Of a stretch of DNA of 64,000 bases, positions 38,754 through 48,840 are shown one piece after another. The notes under the pieces are model-generated. The model saw nothing but the letters and a program-made list of their open reading frames with translations. It had not been told where the DNA came from and did no database searches. The stretch spans positions 7,423 to 71,422 of the forward strand of contig DATJPG010000010.1 of NCBI GenBank assembly GCA_035506515.1. Reading direction: 5' to 3'. This stretch comes from Acidobacteriota bacterium (GTDB lineage Bacteria; Acidobacteriota; UBA6911). Positions within the stretch are counted from its first letter, which is position 1, and each line of letters starts with the position of its first letter. A program made the translations under genes and the position numbers.

Positions 38754-40564
38754 TCCATCTGATCAACAGAATTGCAGAGGCGTGGTTCCCTTATATGGTG
38801 AGCGCGACCTTGCAGGCGACGGCGTTGACTCTGGTTGTTCTCGGCATGCTCTGGATCGGACGCCGTTGGTCTCCTGCACTGCGCTATGCGCTTATGATGC
38901 TGGCCCTGTGTAAATTTGTGATCCCCCCGATGCTATCCCTGCCCACAGGGCTGTTGAACCACATTCAGGCACAGCAGTGGGCCGAATCGGCGCTATCGCT
39001 GCGTTGCGTAGCACCCATTGCTCAGAGTGTTCTCGGCCCTGTTAGTAATGCCCAACACAGGAGCATGCAGGCTCTCCCCCAGGCTTCTCACCCGAAGCTA
39101 TCGCTCACTACCAACGGGAGACTGTTATTGTTTCATCTTTCCGGAGCATTACTGGTTCTGGCAGTTGTAGCGCTGCAGAAGATTCGCCTTGGCCGGCTTG
39201 CTTCTCGCGCCGCTACAGCCCAAGCCCCTGCCTTGGCGGATACCTATGATGCGCTTTGCCAGAGCATGAAGCTGAGCCGCAAGCCGCGGCTTCTCATTTC
39301 CAGTGACAATCAAGCACCCATAACTTTTGGGGCATGGAAACCGGTAGTGATGCTGCCGCAGGCGCTTGTTTCCGCACTGCCATTACCTGAGATTCGAGTG
39401 ATCCTCGGACATGAACTGGCGCACAATCGCCGGCGAGATCCGTGGATAGCCTGGCTGCAGGTGATCATTTCGGCGTTCTGGTGGTTTAATCCTGTTTATT
39501 GGCTTTTATCCCGAAGCATTCGTGGAGTTCGCGAGGATTGCTGCGATGATATGGTACTGGCCTCAGGACTTGCTTCGCGCGAAGTGTATTGCCGGACGCT
39601 GCTGAAGGCTGCTCGGGCAGCCTTGGAGAATCAAGCCGTAACGCGAGCCGCCTTTGCGTATCTGGGCAAATCGCTGCCGTTGCGACGCAGGCTTAAGAGA
39701 ATCATGAGCGCCAGATTCATCCGCGCTCCGAAGCTTGCCTTGGCCGGGATGCTGTTGATTGTCGCACTCGCACTTGTTCTGCTGCCCGGAGTCGAGCCGC
39801 GCATCCTTGCTCAAAACGCGATCCGCTCTGAATCACACTCCTGGAACATAAATCCTGCCCCACAGGACACGGCTGCGGTTTCGGATGAAGCTTTGAGAGC
39901 CGAGAGCGGATCACCGGATGAAAACCGAAACAAATTGCATGAACCTCCGTCCGGATCCGGGCAGCCCCGAGCCGAGTTGTTTGAGACGGCCCAGAGCCCG
40001 AACGCTCCCAACACCAACGCTCAAATGACACCTAAGCAGCAGTCCCAATTATCTCAAGAAATGGCGATCTCCGAGTATTACGGGTTCCGGAAGTGGCTGG
40101 ATGAGGACGTGGTTTACATCGCTACCCAGGAAGAAAGGGATGCATTCCTGGCTCTAAGGAACAACCAGGAGCGGGACTTTTTCATAGAGCAGTTCTGGGC
40201 CCGTAGAAACCCAAATCCTCCCCTGGCCGATAACCCATTTAAGGAAGAGCACTATCGCCGGATCGCGTATGCAAACCAGCATTTTGCTTCGAGTGTGCCC
40301 GGCTGGAAAACAGATCGAGGGCGGATCTATATCATATACGGCAGGCCGGATGAAATCGAATCTCATCCCATCGGCGGTGCATACACTCGACCGTTTAATG
40401 AAGGGGGTGGAATGACCACTACCTATGCATTTGAGAAATGGCGGTACAGGCATATCGATGGGGTTGGAGACGATATCGAGATCGAATTCGTCGACCTGTC
40501 TGGGACAGGCGATTACCGCATTGCAATGAGCCCGGACGAGAAATTTACGCATTCCGGGCCATAA
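38750..40564 (+). CDS. BlaR1/MecR1-like M56 peptidase signal transducer with a C-terminal GWxTD-type domain
   Basis: Zinc motif [11 protein letters not shown], four N-terminal TM segments, a Pro/Ser-rich linker, and a C-terminal GWxTD-like domain containing [21 protein letters not shown]. Confidence 0.75.
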   Translation: MIHLINRIAEAWFPYMVSATLQATALTLVVLGMLWIGRRWSPALRYALMMLALCKFVIPPMLSLPTGLLNHIQAQQWAESALSLRCVAPIAQSVLGPVSNAQHRSMQALPQASHPKLSLTTNGRLLLFHLSGALLVLAVVALQKIRLGRLASRAATAQAPALADTYDALCQSMKLSRKPRLLISSDNQAPITFGAWKPVVMLPQALVSALPLPEIRVILGHELAHNRRRDPWIAWLQVIISAFWWFNPVYWLLSRSIRGVREDCCDDMVLASGLASREVYCRTLLKAARAALENQAVTRAAFAYLGKSLPLRRRLKRIMSARFIRAPKLALAGMLLIVALALVLLPGVEPRILAQNAIRSESHSWNINPAPQDTAAVSDEALRAESGSPDENRNKLHEPPSGSGQPRAELFETAQSPNAPNTNAQMTPKQQSQLSQEMAISEYYGFRKWLDEDVVYIATQEERDAFLALRNNQERDFFIEQFWARRNPNPPLADNPFKEEHYRRIAYANQHFASSVPGWKTDRGRIYIIYGRPDEIESHPIGGAYTRPFNEGGGMTTTYAFEKWRYRHIDGVGDDIEIEFVDLSGTGDYRIAMSPDEKFTHSGP

Positions 40565-40745
40565 GCTGCGACGCGGGTAATCTTCCGTAAAGATCAGATC
40601 TCCTCGAAGTAGAATTCCAAGACTTTGCGCCGAAAATCCTGTGAGAAGAAGCTATCAATTTTCGACGCGCTCATGTCGCGGTCACTCAAGCTACTTTTGA
40701 GAATAAAACATTTACTTGGTATTCCTAGGTTAATTATCATGGGCC

Positions 40746-41354
40746 ATGCTACTGATCCGAACCCATTTGGGATCTATCGCCGATCCTGCCGTCGGTGCGC
40801 ATGCCGTTCTTAACGCGTCAAATCCCGAAGTTGCTCTTGGTAGTGGCGTGAGCGGGGCAATCCGAACCGCATGTGGTGGTGCAGCGTTTCAGAAAGAAAT
40901 TCGCGAACGACTCATGGAAGAGTTTGGTGGGTCGCTGGAATCAGATGATTGCCTTGTAACATCTGCTGGATGCGCACAATCTTTCCGCTGGGTGCTTCAC
41001 GTGGCTGCTGTCAATTATAGAAAAGCCGACCCTGAAACAGGCGGAGTAAGCGGGCCATTGCGAATTGAGACATGTTTCAGGGCTGCTTTGGCTGCAGCCG
41101 AATCGCTGGCGATTCGGGAGGGACTTCAAGACTCATTTATCTTTGCAACGCCATTACTCGGAGCCGGTCATGGCGGCCTTGGGCCAGTGATTGCAGCTGA
41201 GGTCATGATAGGGACAGTGCGACGATTCATGGCGGAAACTGGCCAGGATTGCTCGATCGCGGAAATAATCTTTGCAGTCATGACTGAGAATGATCGGAGA
41301 CTCATACGCCTTGCGGGTGAGAGGTTCGGTGTCAAAATCGACCACAAAACATAG
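40746..41354 (+). CDS. Macro domain protein (ADP-ribose binding / O-acetyl-ADP-ribose deacetylase-like)
   Basis: AHAVLNASN...LGSGVSGAI matches the macro-domain NAAN...GGGV.GAI motif. Confidence 0.7.
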   Translation: MLLIRTHLGSIADPAVGAHAVLNASNPEVALGSGVSGAIRTACGGAAFQKEIRERLMEEFGGSLESDDCLVTSAGCAQSFRWVLHVAAVNYRKADPETGGVSGPLRIETCFRAALAAAESLAIREGLQDSFIFATPLLGAGHGGLGPVIAAEVMIGTVRRFMAETGQDCSIAEIIFAVMTENDRRLIRLAGERFGVKIDHKT

Positions 41355-41424
41355 AGTTAAAATCGGCTTTCGTGATCCTCCCCATTGTGAGCTTTGTATG
41401 CGTTGGTTGAATCGGCGTTTAAAG

Positions 41425-42624
41425 TTATGGCTTTACCGTCACCATTACCACGCCATGGGACGCCACTGTTGCCGAGAAACTCCCTATAAACTTTCCCAAA
41501 TCTTTATGTGCCCATAAATCCCGCACCGCTGCGGTTAGGTGGGAGGGATAGCCGATTTGCTCCCAGTTCACCGTTATCTCGCGCTTGGCGCTGCCGCGGT
41601 TCAGCAAGATGACCGCGCGATCGCCGTCCTTTAACTGCCTTCCCCAGACCTCGAGGTCGCCGTCTTTCCATACGCGCTGCCCTTCGCGGCCGAGCGGATC
41701 CTGGTCAACCGCAATGACTTCTCTGTTGGTCAGAATATCGTGGATTTCGGGGCTCATGCTGCGGAGATCATTTCCGGCGATGAGAGGAGCGGCCAGCAAC
41801 GCCCACAAACTGAAGTGCGCCTGATACTCCGTCGTGGTCATTCCGCCGTTGCCGACTTCGAGCATATCGGGATCGTTCCAATGCCCCGGCCCGGCGTAGG
41901 AATAGAGTTCCGCTTCCTGGTCAACGATATCGAGCACGCCATAGTTGCAGCAGTTGCCTGGATTCCACTCGCGTTTGCCTGCCCATCGGTCCTGAATGTC
42001 ACCAGTCGAGCGCCACAGGTTGCCGCCGACTTCTTTGCCCCAGAGCCAGGGCTTTGCGGTCCCCCACTCGCAAATGCTGAGCACGATCGGACGGCCGCTG
42101 GCATCGAGCGCGTGCCGGATGTTGGCATAGGAAGCCTTTGCATCCTGCGTGGTGGTGTCGCACCAATCGTACTTCAGGTAATCCACACCCCATGCGGCAT
42201 ATTGAATCGCATCCTGATATTCGTGGCCGAGGCCGCCGGGACGGCCGGCACAGGTTTTCGACCCGGCGTCGGAGTAAATTCCGAACTTCAAACCCAGCGA
42301 ATGAACGTGATCGGCCAACGCCTTGATGCCGTTTGGAAACCGTTGCGGGTCGGCGATGATGTTTGCGTTGGCATCGCGCGACACCTGCCAGCAATCATCA
42401 ATCACAATGTACTGATAACCGGCGTTTTTCATCCCCGATTTCACCATGGCGTCGGCCATTCCGCGCACCAGTTCATCGCTGACGTTGCAGCCGAACTTGT
42501 TCCAGGTGTTCCATCCCATGGGAGGCGTGAGTGCGAGGCCCTTGGATACCGTGCTGTCCTGCGCCAGTGCTGCGCCGCTCAGCGCCAGTGCAAAAAGAAT
42601 CGGGAAAAATAATTTTCTATTCAT
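41425..42624 (-). CDS. Secreted alpha-galactosidase (GH27)
   Basis: Signal peptide; GH27 motifs PPMGWNTWN, YQYIVIDDCW, LKYDWC, CEWG. Confidence 0.8.
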   Translation of the reverse strand: MNRKLFFPILFALALSGAALAQDSTVSKGLALTPPMGWNTWNKFGCNVSDELVRGMADAMVKSGMKNAGYQYIVIDDCWQVSRDANANIIADPQRFPNGIKALADHVHSLGLKFGIYSDAGSKTCAGRPGGLGHEYQDAIQYAAWGVDYLKYDWCDTTTQDAKASYANIRHALDASGRPIVLSICEWGTAKPWLWGKEVGGNLWRSTGDIQDRWAGKREWNPGNCCNYGVLDIVDQEAELYSYAGPGHWNDPDMLEVGNGGMTTTEYQAHFSLWALLAAPLIAGNDLRSMSPEIHDILTNREVIAVDQDPLGREGQRVWKDGDLEVWGRQLKDGDRAVILLNRGSAKREITVNWEQIGYPSHLTAAVRDLWAHKDLGKFIGSFSATVASHGVVMVTVKP

Positions 42625-42886
42625 GTGGATCCGCCTCTTTTTCGGTTGTAATCAGCACTGGATCCCCATGGCAGCGAGTACGGCATATGCTGTCGCCAGG
42701 CATCAAGCGCGAATTGGACGATAAGGCCAAAGCGTGCAATAACTCCAAATTATATCATCCCACTTTTGCGGATCAGAAAATCCCTCCTGGATACTGCAGT
42801 GTTTATTTCGTGAGAGATATAAAAAATGCCAGAAATCTCCAATTGGATTAGATGTCAATTGGAAATTGGCAATTTGTCCTGCGTTT

Positions 42887-45292
42887 TTACACTTTCCCAA
42901 GCGCCTTTAGGACTTTATCCGGAGTCGTCGGATAATCCAGGACCCATTTGCCGGTGGCATTGTGGATCGCTGAGACAGTAACACCCGACATGCTGGCCCC
43001 GATGTTTTCACCGATGCCGCAGGCGCCATAGGCTGCGTATCCCAAGTGACTTTCGTTGATCAGGCATTGGGTAACCGGATAGTCGTTCATCGTCCCTATG
43101 TGGTACCCGATCAAATCGTAATTGAGGGCTACACCGGTGCGGGGACAGAAGATATGCTCCTCTGTGCCGCTTCGGCCCAACCCCATAACAGCGCCGCCGT
43201 ATTGTTGGGCATATGCCCCTTCGGGATTGAACAGGTGTCCGACATCGTTGACGCAAACTATGTTGGTCACCTCGACCATTCCCGTTTCCGTGTCTACCTC
43301 GACCTCGATGAAGTGCGCCTGTCTGGGCATCGCGTACGATTGAGGGTCCGGTGCCCCGTCGGATTCATATACATGGACGCCGCCGGGTACAGGAGGATGA
43401 AAGATTGCAGGATCCTGTGTCCACCAGGCATCCGCCACCTCTCTCACTGTCTTTCGATTGCCTGGGTTCGCTTTCTCGAAAACGAAGCTGTCTTTGATAT
43501 CCAGATCTTCGGGCTTTTTGTCGGGGAAGAGTGGTGGACGTGCGGGACTGGCAAACGAAGCCGGCCTCGGCCTTACAGCATATTCAAGAATTTTCTGTTT
43601 TAGTTGCTGGGCGGCGGGGATTAGCTGGGTATTGATGTAACATGTTCCAAAGGAACCTCCCGGTTGCCAGAGGTGGTAATTCGTATTGTCGGAACGTCGC
43701 TCCAGCATGACCGTGTCTTCGTACTTGAGTCCGGCCTCCGAGGCTACCGCAAGACGCGAGCCCGATTCCGTATCGATCCCCATATCGCTGCGGGCCCCTA
43801 TAATGGCGGCCTTACCTTCACGCAGCGTCACGCATGCGAAGGAGGCACCGGGAGTGGGCGCATACCAGTGCCATTCATTCACGTGGATGAAACCAAGTCC
43901 ATGCATTCTTCCGTTCGGGAGCTTTTTCGTCCCGGGTGGATGCCATTTCTCCTCCCATCCGATCGCCTTTTTGCCTTTGTCGATTACTTCCTTGAGGCTC
44001 CACTTTTCAGGGAATCCGTTTGTCTTCTGATACCGGGTGACCCATTCCCAATCATGGCCGGCGCAGCCGTCGTTTTTCAGGGCGACTTCTGTCGGGTCCA
44101 GCCCCATTTCTGCCGAAACACGCGCAAACATTACGTTGTGTGGGACGCACGTATGGGATCCGTGCCGGAAACACATACTGTGCCCCGTATTGACCAGGGC
44201 CCATTCCTGTGTGCCCAGGATGTTGGGAATTTTGGTGCTGACACGCGTCTTATCAATCGCGGGATTTCGAATCCCAAGCATGTGCCAATGAAGCGCGTTG
44301 ATAGTGCCGTCCTTTTTGACTCCAACCTTGCACTTATAGGTCCCTGCATCGTCGCCGCCGCAATAATAGCCGCTCTCGTCCCAAAGCAGTTTCACGGGTT
44401 TCCCCGCCGCTCTTTTGGCAAGGATCGCGGTGAGGCGGATAAAGGCATAGGAGTAGGAAAGCCATGAAAAGCCGCCGTACCACGAACCCTGGTAGGGCAT
44501 CGTGACGGTGATCTTGGCCCACTCGGCAAGAGGAGCTCGGGGCTTTTCACGGACCGTGTTAGGAGTGGTAACCGTAGCTTGAGGAAGATCCTGGTGATGG
44601 ACCCAGAGATCGAGAAAATCGCCTCTCCACTGGGCAACACAAACAATGGGCTCAACACCTGCCGGCGTATTCCGGGCGCGAGTGATGGTGTATTCAATCA
44701 CCTTGTCGGCTTCCGCGAAACCTACCTCGACATTGCCGAATTCAGTGCGATCGGTAAGAACCGTATTCGGTTCTTTAGCCTTCGGGTTCATGAACTTCAC
44801 CTCAGGCATGATCTTTGGTGCGTCCGGCTTGAGGGATTCCGCCATATCGAGGATGAAGGGCCGTTCTTCCCATTCTATTTTCAGGAGCCGCAGCGCGCGG
44901 TCGCATATTTCTTCGGTGTCGGCCACGACCACGACACCCATCGGGTGCTGGAAGAATTCGGAGGTTCGGGGCAGGGTCAGCAGGTTGTAGTTGCGGGAAA
45001 CCTCAAAGCCCGGCAGCGTCTCGTTGTCGAACTCGATGACCGGGTCATCGTATTTCAAGATGTCCCGCACGCCCACGAGAGCTTCGGCCTGGCTTGAATC
45101 AATGCTCTTGATCCGCGCATGCGCATAGGGAGAAAGGAGGATTTTCGCGTAGAGCATTCCGGGGAGATTGACATCTCTTGTAAAAACCGCCTGTCCGCTG
45201 ACTCTCTCGAATGCGTCCTGCCGGTTGATCGCGCGGCTCATGTCTTTGCTGGTTTCGGGAACTTTCCACGTCCATGGTCGATATTCCGCCAT
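42887..45292 (-). CDS. Xanthine dehydrogenase / aldehyde oxidase family molybdopterin-binding large subunit
   Basis: 801 aa with an N-terminal a/b hammerhead region and Mo-cofactor-binding domains. No adjacent 2Fe-2S or FAD subunit genes. Confidence 0.75.
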   Translation of the reverse strand: MAEYRPWTWKVPETSKDMSRAINRQDAFERVSGQAVFTRDVNLPGMLYAKILLSPYAHARIKSIDSSQAEALVGVRDILKYDDPVIEFDNETLPGFEVSRNYNLLTLPRTSEFFQHPMGVVVVADTEEICDRALRLLKIEWEERPFILDMAESLKPDAPKIMPEVKFMNPKAKEPNTVLTDRTEFGNVEVGFAEADKVIEYTITRARNTPAGVEPIVCVAQWRGDFLDLWVHHQDLPQATVTTPNTVREKPRAPLAEWAKITVTMPYQGSWYGGFSWLSYSYAFIRLTAILAKRAAGKPVKLLWDESGYYCGGDDAGTYKCKVGVKKDGTINALHWHMLGIRNPAIDKTRVSTKIPNILGTQEWALVNTGHSMCFRHGSHTCVPHNVMFARVSAEMGLDPTEVALKNDGCAGHDWEWVTRYQKTNGFPEKWSLKEVIDKGKKAIGWEEKWHPPGTKKLPNGRMHGLGFIHVNEWHWYAPTPGASFACVTLREGKAAIIGARSDMGIDTESGSRLAVASEAGLKYEDTVMLERRSDNTNYHLWQPGGSFGTCYINTQLIPAAQQLKQKILEYAVRPRPASFASPARPPLFPDKKPEDLDIKDSFVFEKANPGNRKTVREVADAWWTQDPAIFHPPVPGGVHVYESDGAPDPQSYAMPRQAHFIEVEVDTETGMVEVTNIVCVNDVGHLFNPEGAYAQQYGGAVMGLGRSGTEEHIFCPRTGVALNYDLIGYHIGTMNDYPVTQCLINESHLGYAAYGACGIGENIGASMSGVTVSAIHNATGKWVLDYPTTPDKVLKALGKV

Positions 45293-45481
45293 CTCAAGCC
45301 TCCGTCGATGGTCTCAGCCCTGCTCTGGTTTTCGTTGCGCAGGAGTCCCTGCTAGTCCAGTAACACAATCTATCATGAGTTGCCCTTTGGGCAAGAAACT
45401 TCCCGTCCACTATGATAGCCTTCCTCCGATTGAAGCCAACCGGACGTGGGGCAAAACTTGAAGGAGTAATGAAGAATCTTC

Positions 45482-46054
45482 ATGACACTCATCTACAACT
45501 ATCTTTTCGTGGCAATATGGCTTAGTTATGCGGTGTATTGGTCGGCGATGTCGGCCAGCGTTAAGGCGACCGAACGCCTCGAGCCGGCATCATCGCGGCT
45601 TGCACGGCTTGTTTTGATGGTGTGCGCGATTGCGCTTATCTGTCTTACAAGAGTTCCGATTCCTTTGCTCAATGAGCGATTTCTGCCGCACGGCACCTGG
45701 GCCTTCTGGAGTGGTGCGGCGATTACCGCATGTGGTCTGCTCTTTTCCGTCTGGGCACGCCGTCACCTCGGAAGAAATTGGAGCCAGGCTGTCACTTTGA
45801 AGAAAGACCACGAACTCATTACAAGCGGCCCCTACGCCCTGGTTCGCCATCCCATCTATACCGGGCTGGTGTTGGGAATCCTCGGCTCTGCGGTGGCCCG
45901 AGGCGAGTGGCGCGGGATAGTTGCGGTAGCGTTGGTTTTCGTCGCACTCTGGCGCAAATTACGGCTTGAGGAGAAATGGATGCGGGAGCAGTTCGGCGAG
46001 TCGTATGAAGCCTACTCTCAAAAGGTGGCGGCGCTGGTGCCTTATATCATTTGA
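45482..46054 (+). CDS. Isoprenylcysteine carboxyl methyltransferase (ICMT)-family membrane methyltransferase
   Basis: HELITSGPYALVRHPIYTG motif and a multi-TM N-terminus. Confidence 0.7.
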   Translation: MTLIYNYLFVAIWLSYAVYWSAMSASVKATERLEPASSRLARLVLMVCAIALICLTRVPIPLLNERFLPHGTWAFWSGAAITACGLLFSVWARRHLGRNWSQAVTLKKDHELITSGPYALVRHPIYTGLVLGILGSAVARGEWRGIVAVALVFVALWRKLRLEEKWMREQFGESYEAYSQKVAALVPYII

Positions 46055-46269
46055 CGCGGCGCAAGGAGACCTGCCTAAAGCTCTCGCCGGTAATGGGAAG
46101 ACATTCAGACAATGAAATTTTCGACACTCCCACGAAGTCCAAAATGTACCAGGTTATCCGCAGCGGACCCGCGGTTTTCCAGGATGCCGTTTCTGGGAAG
46201 TTTGACGCAGGGCGGGATGCGTCGATCCCCATTTAATTGCTCCAACGCCGGTCAGGCCGATCTCCTCGT

Positions 46270-46845
46270 TTATCCCCGATCGAAGAAAATGTTTTTCGCG
46301 GCAACGGAAAGAGGGAGCCCGATGATCATATCCGCATCTAAGACCTTCATCTCCATGGCTCCAGCGCCAATTGTGTACATCAAACGATTGTCGATGTTTA
46401 GTTCCGCGGCCATCTTGACTGCAACGCCCAAGGCAATCCCCAAATCGATGGATTGAAACACGCAAAGAGGGCCGACGAAATCTTCGCCTCGCTTCCCCTT
46501 CTTGGCCTGGATGAACTCCAAACAACTGGGGTATCCGCAAGCTCCGCAGTTGAGCGGATTCTCCGGTTTCTTTGGCATCGTCCCCTTGACTCCAATGAGC
46601 ACAACTGCGGCGGAGGAGCGGACATTCTGGGCATCCCGTTTAAAAATGTCTCCGACGGAGGCCTTTTGGGGCCCGTGGTTTTCTATCGCTTGGGCCAGCC
46701 GTTCCTTATCCTCTCCCTGGATCAGCACCGATTGAATCGTGCTCACCCCGCGCGTTTTGGGAGCCGTCGTAACGGCGGCCATGATCAACTTGGCGGCAGT
46801 GACAATTGTTTCCTGTTCAACTTCGTTTGCTGTGAGAATCGACAT
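46270..46845 (-). CDS. DUF2148-like protein with a ferredoxin-like Cys cluster
   Basis: ORF 46270..46932 trimmed to the ATG at 46845 (GAAAGGA RBS). Motif NCGACGYPSC. Confidence 0.45.
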   Translation of the reverse strand: MSILTANEVEQETIVTAAKLIMAAVTTAPKTRGVSTIQSVLIQGEDKERLAQAIENHGPQKASVGDIFKRDAQNVRSSAAVVLIGVKGTMPKKPENPLNCGACGYPSCLEFIQAKKGKRGEDFVGPLCVFQSIDLGIALGVAVKMAAELNIDNRLMYTIGAGAMEMKVLDADMIIGLPLSVAAKNIFFDRG

Positions 46846-47567
46846 AAATTTCCTTTCTCTGCTGAAACGACCAGTATTATACCGACAAACATATATCGGT
46901 AGATAAGCAGTTTGAGAGGACCGGCTGACCATGAGTCCGATTGGGGAAAGTCACTCCTATCCGGCCCTTTTCAACCCCGAATGTTCCGTTTTTGCCGGTA
47001 CAAACCCACCCCAAAGCAACATTCTTCCCATCATCCTGAACCTTAACTTACGCATTTGAAGCAAAAACTCGGCACCTGGGTCCGGAAAGAGCTTCCTTCT
47101 TCGTGTCTGCGAGGCAATCCATCTCCGGACCGATCTAAAACCGTACTTCCTGTGTTAGTAATTGACTTCTCTCTCGCATGGGAAAGACTTAATCGATAAA
47201 AGAATCTCTCCAAATACCGGCCTGACCGCGATCGCGCAGCCGCATTTAGATATCATCGCCATTGTCTGTTCCCATGCGAAGTATTTTGATCGCAAAAGCA
47301 TTCATGGGCCGGCGATTAAGCAACTGCCGCTTTCCGTCATCATGTGAGAATTGTCACACTCAATATTTCGAGATAGTTCCATAGTCTCTAGGCATGAGTA
47401 TTTGATGCCCAGATTTCCGGCTGGTAGTGGATGGGTCAGCCGGACTAATGTGCAGATAATTATTTACTAGCTGTCCAGACTGAGAGCTCCCCATGGCAAC
47501 AAATTCGATAGATTCTGTCGCCATTCGGAATTCTATAGGCATTCCGCGTTAGTTAAAAAGGAGAACC

Positions 47568-48050
47568 ATGATGTGGAAAAAATCAGAATCGGATGAATTC
47601 CATTCGCAGGCGGCTCCGGCACAACAGACGCAGCCGACTTCGGCTCAAAGAAATACCGTACCTCAGTCGCAGAACAAAGAACACGCCGTCATTGGTTCAA
47701 CGATATTGATTAAGGGAGATTTGAGCGGTGATGAAGATCTTGTGATTGATGGCCGGGTGGAAGGGAAAATCCAGTTCCCACGAAATAGCGTAACGATCGG
47801 CAAAAATGGAACCATCGAAGCCGATATTTATGGAAAAACCATAACGGTCGAGGGGACAGTTGAGGGGAACCTTTACGGGGAGGAACAGCTCATCGTCCGG
47901 CATTCAGGGACTGTACATGGCAATATCGTTGCTCCAAGGGTTGCACTGGAGGATGGATCAAATTTCAAAGGGAATATCGATATGAGTCCGAAGGAGAAGC
48001 TCGGCTCTCCGACGGTTCGCGAAGAATTGATCACAATCAAGCAAGCATAG
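47568..48050 (+). CDS. Bactofilin (CcmA-like, DUF583 beta-helix cytoskeletal protein)
   Basis: Repeated beta-helix turns VIGSTILIKGDLSGDEDLVIDGRVEGKIQF...VEGTVEGNLYGEEQLIVRHSGTVHGNIVA, with a disordered Q/P-rich N-terminus. Confidence 0.75.
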   Translation: MMWKKSESDEFHSQAAPAQQTQPTSAQRNTVPQSQNKEHAVIGSTILIKGDLSGDEDLVIDGRVEGKIQFPRNSVTIGKNGTIEADIYGKTITVEGTVEGNLYGEEQLIVRHSGTVHGNIVAPRVALEDGSNFKGNIDMSPKEKLGSPTVREELITIKQA

Positions 48051-48064
48051 GTCGTCGCTCCAAG

Positions 48065-48670
48065 ATGTTAAAAAAGGGTTCACTCGAACCAATTGAATAT
48101 CGATCGCTGGGTCTGGGTGTGCTCTGCGAGACGCTTCAGGAAGCAGCCACCTGTGACATACTCGAGCTCGGGCCGGTTCGCGGCGATAGCATCGAGTTCT
48201 GGGCTCAATATAAGCCGTCGCTTTACATAGCGGATTTACGCTCCCACTTGCCGTTGCCGGTTATAGCCGAAAATTCCAACGATCCCGAGGCGCCGGAACC
48301 GGATTGGGATCACATCTTAGATCTGCCCGGGGATCGCCGTTTTGATGTAATTCTTGCCTGGGACCTACTAAACTATCTTGAGCTTTCAGCGGCTGCAAGT
48401 CTGGTCCGATATTTAAGCCGGTTTTGCCGGTCTGGAACGATGTTTTTTGCATTGATGTTTGACCAGAAGGAAATGCCTGAGGAGATCACTGTCTACCGAA
48501 TAGTGGATCAAGGGAGGCTCCGCTACGATTGCAGCAGCTCTGCGATGATGGCATGTCCAAGGCATCAGCCTCGAGCCCTCACCGCGATTATGCACCAGTT
48601 CCGAACGTCAAATTCCTTCCGTCTCCAGAATGGCATGGTTGAATATCTTTTTTCCTACGAGGCGCATTAG
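48065..48670 (+). CDS. Hypothetical protein, 14 nt downstream of bactofilin (degenerate Rossmann/methyltransferase-like motifs)
   Basis: ILELGPVRGD and RFDVILAWDLLNYLE resemble SAM-MTase motifs I/II; weak. Confidence 0.35.
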   Translation: MLKKGSLEPIEYRSLGLGVLCETLQEAATCDILELGPVRGDSIEFWAQYKPSLYIADLRSHLPLPVIAENSNDPEAPEPDWDHILDLPGDRRFDVILAWDLLNYLELSAAASLVRYLSRFCRSGTMFFALMFDQKEMPEEITVYRIVDQGRLRYDCSSSAMMACPRHQPRALTAIMHQFRTSNSFRLQNGMVEYLFSYEAH

Positions 48671-48840
48671 CCGTGGATCGGCTGTATCGCCAAAGTTTGA
48701 ACAATTCCGACGATAGCCACCCTCGATTGCAGTCGCTGTCCAGAATTGCTGAACATTTTCTTGTCTTCATTCGTGAAATGTGTCGACCAATTCAGCTAAC
48801 ATAGATAGGCTGCAATGATGAATTTAGAGGGGGATACATA

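Noticed and set aside
45293-45481. Inverted repeat CTATCAT-N27-ATGATAG in the divergent promoter region between the Mo-enzyme and ICMT genes
   Set aside because: Short 7-bp arms with a long spacer; such repeats occur by chance at this length. Noted only as a possible operator.
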